Source of the DNA: a bacterium
GTDB lineage: Bacteria; CLD3; SB21
Length of the DNA stretch: 64,000 bases
Direction of reading: 5' to 3'
NCBI GenBank assembly: GCA_013360215.1
Contig: JABWCP010000005.1
Span: 62,001-126,000, forward strand
Part shown: positions 61,101-64,000 of the stretch, piece by piece
How the letters are laid out: every line of letters begins with the position of its first letter
How positions within the stretch are numbered: the first letter of the stretch is position 1
Made by a program: the position numbers and the translations under genes
Notes under the pieces: model-generated
What the model was told of the DNA's origin: nothing
Databases searched by the model: none
The model's input: only the letters and a program-made list of their open reading frames with translations

Positions 61101-61306
61101 AAAGGTTCGGTGATTTGCGTTTCGATGACTTCCGCATTGGCGCCGGTATAGGACGTACGAACATTGATGATCGGCGGATCAATGGAGGGGAATTCGCGAA
61201 CGCCAAGATAGCTGAAAGCGATCGCGCCAAAAAGCACGATGACGATATTCATCACTATCGCAAGTACCGGGCGACGAATACAAATCGCTGAAAGACTCAT
61301 AAACAA
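58181..61306 (-). CDS. RND efflux permease (AcrB/MdtB-like)
   Basis: IRRPVLA; GLVVDDGIVVTEN; GLVTKNGILIVEF; RFRPILMT. Confidence 0.95.
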   Translation of the reverse strand: MFMSLSAICIRRPVLAIVMNIVIVLFGAIAFSYLGVREFPSIDPPIINVRTSYTGANAEVIETQITEPLEKAINGIAGIRTITSSSNQGTSNITVEFTLDVNLETAANDVRDKVSQAVRQLPQDIDAPPVVTKADANSDAIISMTVESTTKNQLQLSDFAENVIAERLQTIPGVSSVQIWGQKRYAMRIWMDPAKLSAFGLTPLDIRNALDRENIEAPSGKISGDATELVVRTIGKLITEDDFNNLIISSTGERTVRLKDLGYARLGPENEETILRQSGVPMVGCAIIPQPGSNYIEIADEFYKRFEQLKKDLPKDFSLNIALDNTRFVKRSVAEVQETLLIAIALVVLIVFLFFRDWIVAVRPLIDIPVSLIGAFFIMYTMDFSINILTLLAVVLATGLVVDDGIVVTENIYKKIEEGLSPMEAAFKGSAEIFFAVISTSITLAAVFLPIIFLEGFVGRLFREFGIVIAGAVLISAFVSLTLTPMLSSRLFRRQQKHTRFYELTEPFFAGMIQAYSNSLHAFMKRRWLALAVLVVSVLLIFVVGKQLQSELSPLEDRSFIRFQVTAPEGSSFDYTDNFMFNMVQLVNDSVPEKRIFLTVTAPGFAGTGAVNSAFGRLVLIEPDERKRSQQEIAAKLTNYTRKYSEARTFIVQEQTISASGGGARGGLPVQYVLQAPNFERLKEVLPKFMEEVAKEPTFQGFDANLKFNRPELQITIDRDRARSLGVSVLDVGQTLRLALSGQRFGYFVMNGKQYQIIGQVNRRDRDEPLDLKSLYVRNRTGELIQMDNLVKVSEQSGPPQLYHYNRYSSATVSAGLAPGKTIGDGIEAMDRIAKKVLDDSFSTALAGASRDFSESSSNILFAFILALVLIYLVLAAQFESFVDPFIIMLTVPMALAGAILSLWWFQQTLNIFSQIGIIMLIGLVTKNGILIVEFANQLREKGKNKMDSILEASVLRFRPILMTSLATVLGAVPIALALGAGSISRIAMGIVIIGGVIFSLILTLYVIPAIYSYMKHEHKPGQETNIAPLQQTESLSKEHV

Positions 61307-61382
61307 GCTTTCTCAATAGAATTGATCGCCGATCGCTTCAAAATCTAAATTGATGCGATACGGGCATTTTAGCTGTAAGTAG

Positions 61383-62453
61383 TTACTGAATCAGATCGCT
61401 GATGCGAACCGGGAGACCATTGCGCAATTGCATAAGTCCTGTGATGATGATTGTGTCATTCGGAGCAATACCGCTTGTAATCTGAACATCCACATCGGTA
61501 CGAATGCCGGTTTCAACTTTTTGAGAAACGGCGGTTCCGGATTTATAGACATACACACGTTGGCTTTTCAGTTCCGGCATGAGCGCTTCCGTCGGTATCA
61601 TCAGCGCGCCAGGAATATCGCGCAGGATCAAAGTGATATTTGCAAAAGCGCCCGGCAAAACGCGCTGGTCAATCTGAGTCGAAATAGCACGCAGTTGCAG
61701 CGTGCGTGTGGCCAACTCGATTTTCGGTTCGACGGCAAATACTTTGCCTTTATATAATTTATCCGAACCTTCAATCCGGTACTCAATATCATCGCCTACA
61801 CGTACGGCGCCGGAATATTTTTCTGGAATGGAGAAATCCAGTTTGATCGCATCCATATTTTGTAGACTGGCGATACGAGTTGTCGGTGTGATATAGCTGC
61901 CTTCGCTGACATATTTCAAACCGATCATACCGTTGAACGGCGCTCGAATCTCCGTTTTGGAAATTTGTGCTTTGATCAATTCAATATCCGCTTTGGCTAC
62001 ATTGAGTTCATTGAGCGCTATGTCATAATCATTTTGACTGGCCAAATTCTTTTCAAAAAGCCCGCGTTGACGCACTTCATTGGATTCGGCCAATTTGCGT
62101 TTAGACTCCGCGCGCTCCAGTTGGGCTGTCAGTTCGGCATCGTTGATTTTTATTAAAAGATCATGCTTATTGATAATACTACCTTCACGAAAATAAACCC
62201 GCACCACACGCCCGGAAACTTCACTGCGTAATTCGACTTCTTCGTTGGCAATGACGGACCCGGTGGACTGAATTTTATTAGCCAAAGTTTGCGGCTTGAT
62301 GATTTTAGCTTTGATCATCATCGGCGCATTGCCGCCACCGCCGCGATTTCCTCCGCCCGGTGAAGAAGTCGCCTCCTTCAGAAGACGGCTTACGGTCAGC
62401 CAAATCACAATCCCTGCTAATATACCCCAAAACAAGTATTTCTTAATGGCCAT
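61383..62453 (-). CDS. RND efflux periplasmic adaptor
   Basis: N-terminal TM from ATG 62453; EVSGRV; IRAPFNG; PGAFA; overlaps the upstream gene by 11 nt. Confidence 0.9.
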   Translation of the reverse strand: MAIKKYLFWGILAGIVIWLTVSRLLKEATSSPGGGNRGGGGNAPMMIKAKIIKPQTLANKIQSTGSVIANEEVELRSEVSGRVVRVYFREGSIINKHDLLIKINDAELTAQLERAESKRKLAESNEVRQRGLFEKNLASQNDYDIALNELNVAKADIELIKAQISKTEIRAPFNGMIGLKYVSEGSYITPTTRIASLQNMDAIKLDFSIPEKYSGAVRVGDDIEYRIEGSDKLYKGKVFAVEPKIELATRTLQLRAISTQIDQRVLPGAFANITLILRDIPGALMIPTEALMPELKSQRVYVYKSGTAVSQKVETGIRTDVDVQITSGIAPNDTIIITGLMQLRNGLPVRISDLIQ

Positions 62454-62817
62454 GCAAATGCGGCTCCGTGGTTTCGATACGTTCGACTTCATCTAAAAAT
62501 TCAACCGCCCGGCGGAGATGCGGTATCACGATGGAACCGCCCACCACCAATCCGACGCTGAACACTTCAAACATTTCTTCGCGAGTCACGCCCGCTTCTT
62601 TGGATTTATTGATATGGTAAGCGATACAGTCATCGCAGCGCAATACAAGCGACGCGACAAGGCCGAGCATTTCTTTGGTTTTTATATTCAACGCTCCGTC
62701 CTGATACGTCAACGTATCAAGCCCGAAAAACCGTTTGATGACCTTGTTATCCTCCGCCAGAATACGTTCATTCATTTTCTGCCGGTATTCGGTAAATTGT
62801 TTGTAACGATCCGCCAT
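62443..62817 (-). CDS. Carboxymuconolactone decarboxylase / AhpD-like protein
   Basis: GALNIKTKEMLGLVASLVLRCDDCIAYH; start may extend to 62829. Confidence 0.88.
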   Translation of the reverse strand: MADRYKQFTEYRQKMNERILAEDNKVIKRFFGLDTLTYQDGALNIKTKEMLGLVASLVLRCDDCIAYHINKSKEAGVTREEMFEVFSVGLVVGGSIVIPHLRRAVEFLDEVERIETTEPHLHGH

Positions 62818-62932
62818 GTGTTTTACCATCAAATAATGTGTGAATGAATAAAGTTAAAAAACCAAATAGCCGCAAGCATAAACGTAAAACAATTATTAGA
62901 AACAAGTAACCGCGCTATCTTCTCTAAAAAAT

Positions 62933-63997
62933 TCAATTGTATAGTTTCCACACCAAACCAAAACGCCATTGCTGCGGCGTTACAGCATAACCATCCATAA
63001 GTTCGAAGCGGTTTCTAAAAATATTTTCCGCTTCATAAAAAATCTGCAAGTCGCCAACATACGCCGATACGCGCGCAAAAAAAAGAAACCCTCCCGATCG
63101 GTTAGATGTTGTCGGCACAAAATACATCGTCGGTGCATCTTGAAACGTGTACCCTGTCGGCTTATTCCAGTACGACGCCGTTATTGTACCCGTTAGACGC
63201 ATATTGTTTTGAAACACCATTTTTTCGCCATAACCGGTCAGCGATGCCCGATACCACGGTGTCCCGTTGCGAAACACCTGATCACCCTGGCTGACGGATT
63301 GGCGCAGTGTCCACGTCGTAAAAGAAAACGGATGGGACGCTTCAACATCGAATCCCCATGTTCTTCCGCTGGACTTGGTTTTAGGTACTACCCGTTCGGT
63401 GTCGGTATGAACGTGAACCGGTGTATAATACGTACCGCCTTTAATAAAGTTGGTATAAATCGTAGCGGACACGGTCAAACCTCGACCCGATGAACGATGG
63501 GCCATGGTACCGGAGATCGTGCGAATACGCGTCACCGGAAGTAAACTAAGTGAATCCTTTGGAAAAAAATAACTGCGGGTATATCCGTCAGCAAACGCAT
63601 CCGAATACAACGATGTCGTATGTATCATTTCGTCATGCAACGATGGAAAAACAACGGTACTTCCGACATCAGCGCGAAGGGTTAATTTCTTTTGTATAGG
63701 ATACGCCACAGACGCTGTCCACGTCATCCCGCCATCATATACCGAATGATGATCATAGCGCACACCCATCACTGCAGTCCATGATGCCCATCGAAATGTA
63801 TTTTCCGCAAATAACGAAGTCATCCGAAATGTATCAAAACGTGTGTTAAGCGTATCAAACGATGTTCGATCATACGCTGCGCCGACTACGGGCGACCAAA
63901 TCCCAATATCGCCCGCATACCGCGTACGGTAGGTTTGATTTTTTACTCCGTAGTAGCGTGGAACTAAACGATACGTAAATCCCGTGGAGCGGCGCAC
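62933..63997 (-). CDS. C-terminal part of an outer-membrane beta-barrel (TonB-dependent receptor/putative porin-like); 5' end lies outside the window
   Basis: Amphipathic beta strands; GVRYDHHSVY; ENIF; C-terminal strand FGLVWKLYN; ORF open at the window edge. Confidence 0.7.
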   Translation of the reverse strand: MRRSTGFTYRLVPRYYGVKNQTYRTRYAGDIGIWSPVVGAAYDRTSFDTLNTRFDTFRMTSLFAENTFRWASWTAVMGVRYDHHSVYDGGMTWTASVAYPIQKKLTLRADVGSTVVFPSLHDEMIHTTSLYSDAFADGYTRSYFFPKDSLSLLPVTRIRTISGTMAHRSSGRGLTVSATIYTNFIKGGTYYTPVHVHTDTERVVPKTKSSGRTWGFDVEASHPFSFTTWTLRQSVSQGDQVFRNGTPWYRASLTGYGEKMVFQNNMRLTGTITASYWNKPTGYTFQDAPTMYFVPTTSNRSGGFLFFARVSAYVGDLQIFYEAENIFRNRFELMDGYAVTPQQWRFGLVWKLYN

Positions 63998-64000
63998 GAT

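Overview
Chromosomal segment of a diderm bacterium, most likely FCB superphylum (Calditrichota/KSB1/Ignavibacteria-like). This is inferred from a C-terminal 'NFPNPFNP...WDGKN...SGVYIYRL' sorting domain and holB-ricT...metG synteny. About 46 CDS; I saw no rRNA, tRNA, CRISPR array or transposase. Housekeeping genes are ettA, holB, ricT/PSP1, pckA, metG, mscL and menA-like. Accessory content: (i) a block of exported proteins (lipoprotein, MORN/beta-helix/TPR, WD40-caspase); (ii) a repeat-stalk LamG surface protein flanked by matching terminators; (iii) an ACP-dependent acyl-unit operon (2 ACPs, SDR, MBL hydrolase, FabH, MaoC-SDR fusion, FkbH, AMP-ligase, GNAT) beside a polysaccharide deacetylase; (iv) an AT-rich J-domain/glycine-zipper membrane protein; (v) two convergent RND efflux operons, one with a palindromic operator and DUF2892/PII-like genes, the other led by an AhpD-like gene. 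Best leads are the stand-alone glyceryl/lactyl-ACP cassette and a shared 'RG-hydrophobic-basic' motif linking the exported caspase to an LPP20/DUF4384-like protein. All family calls come from motif recognition by eye; no database searches were run.
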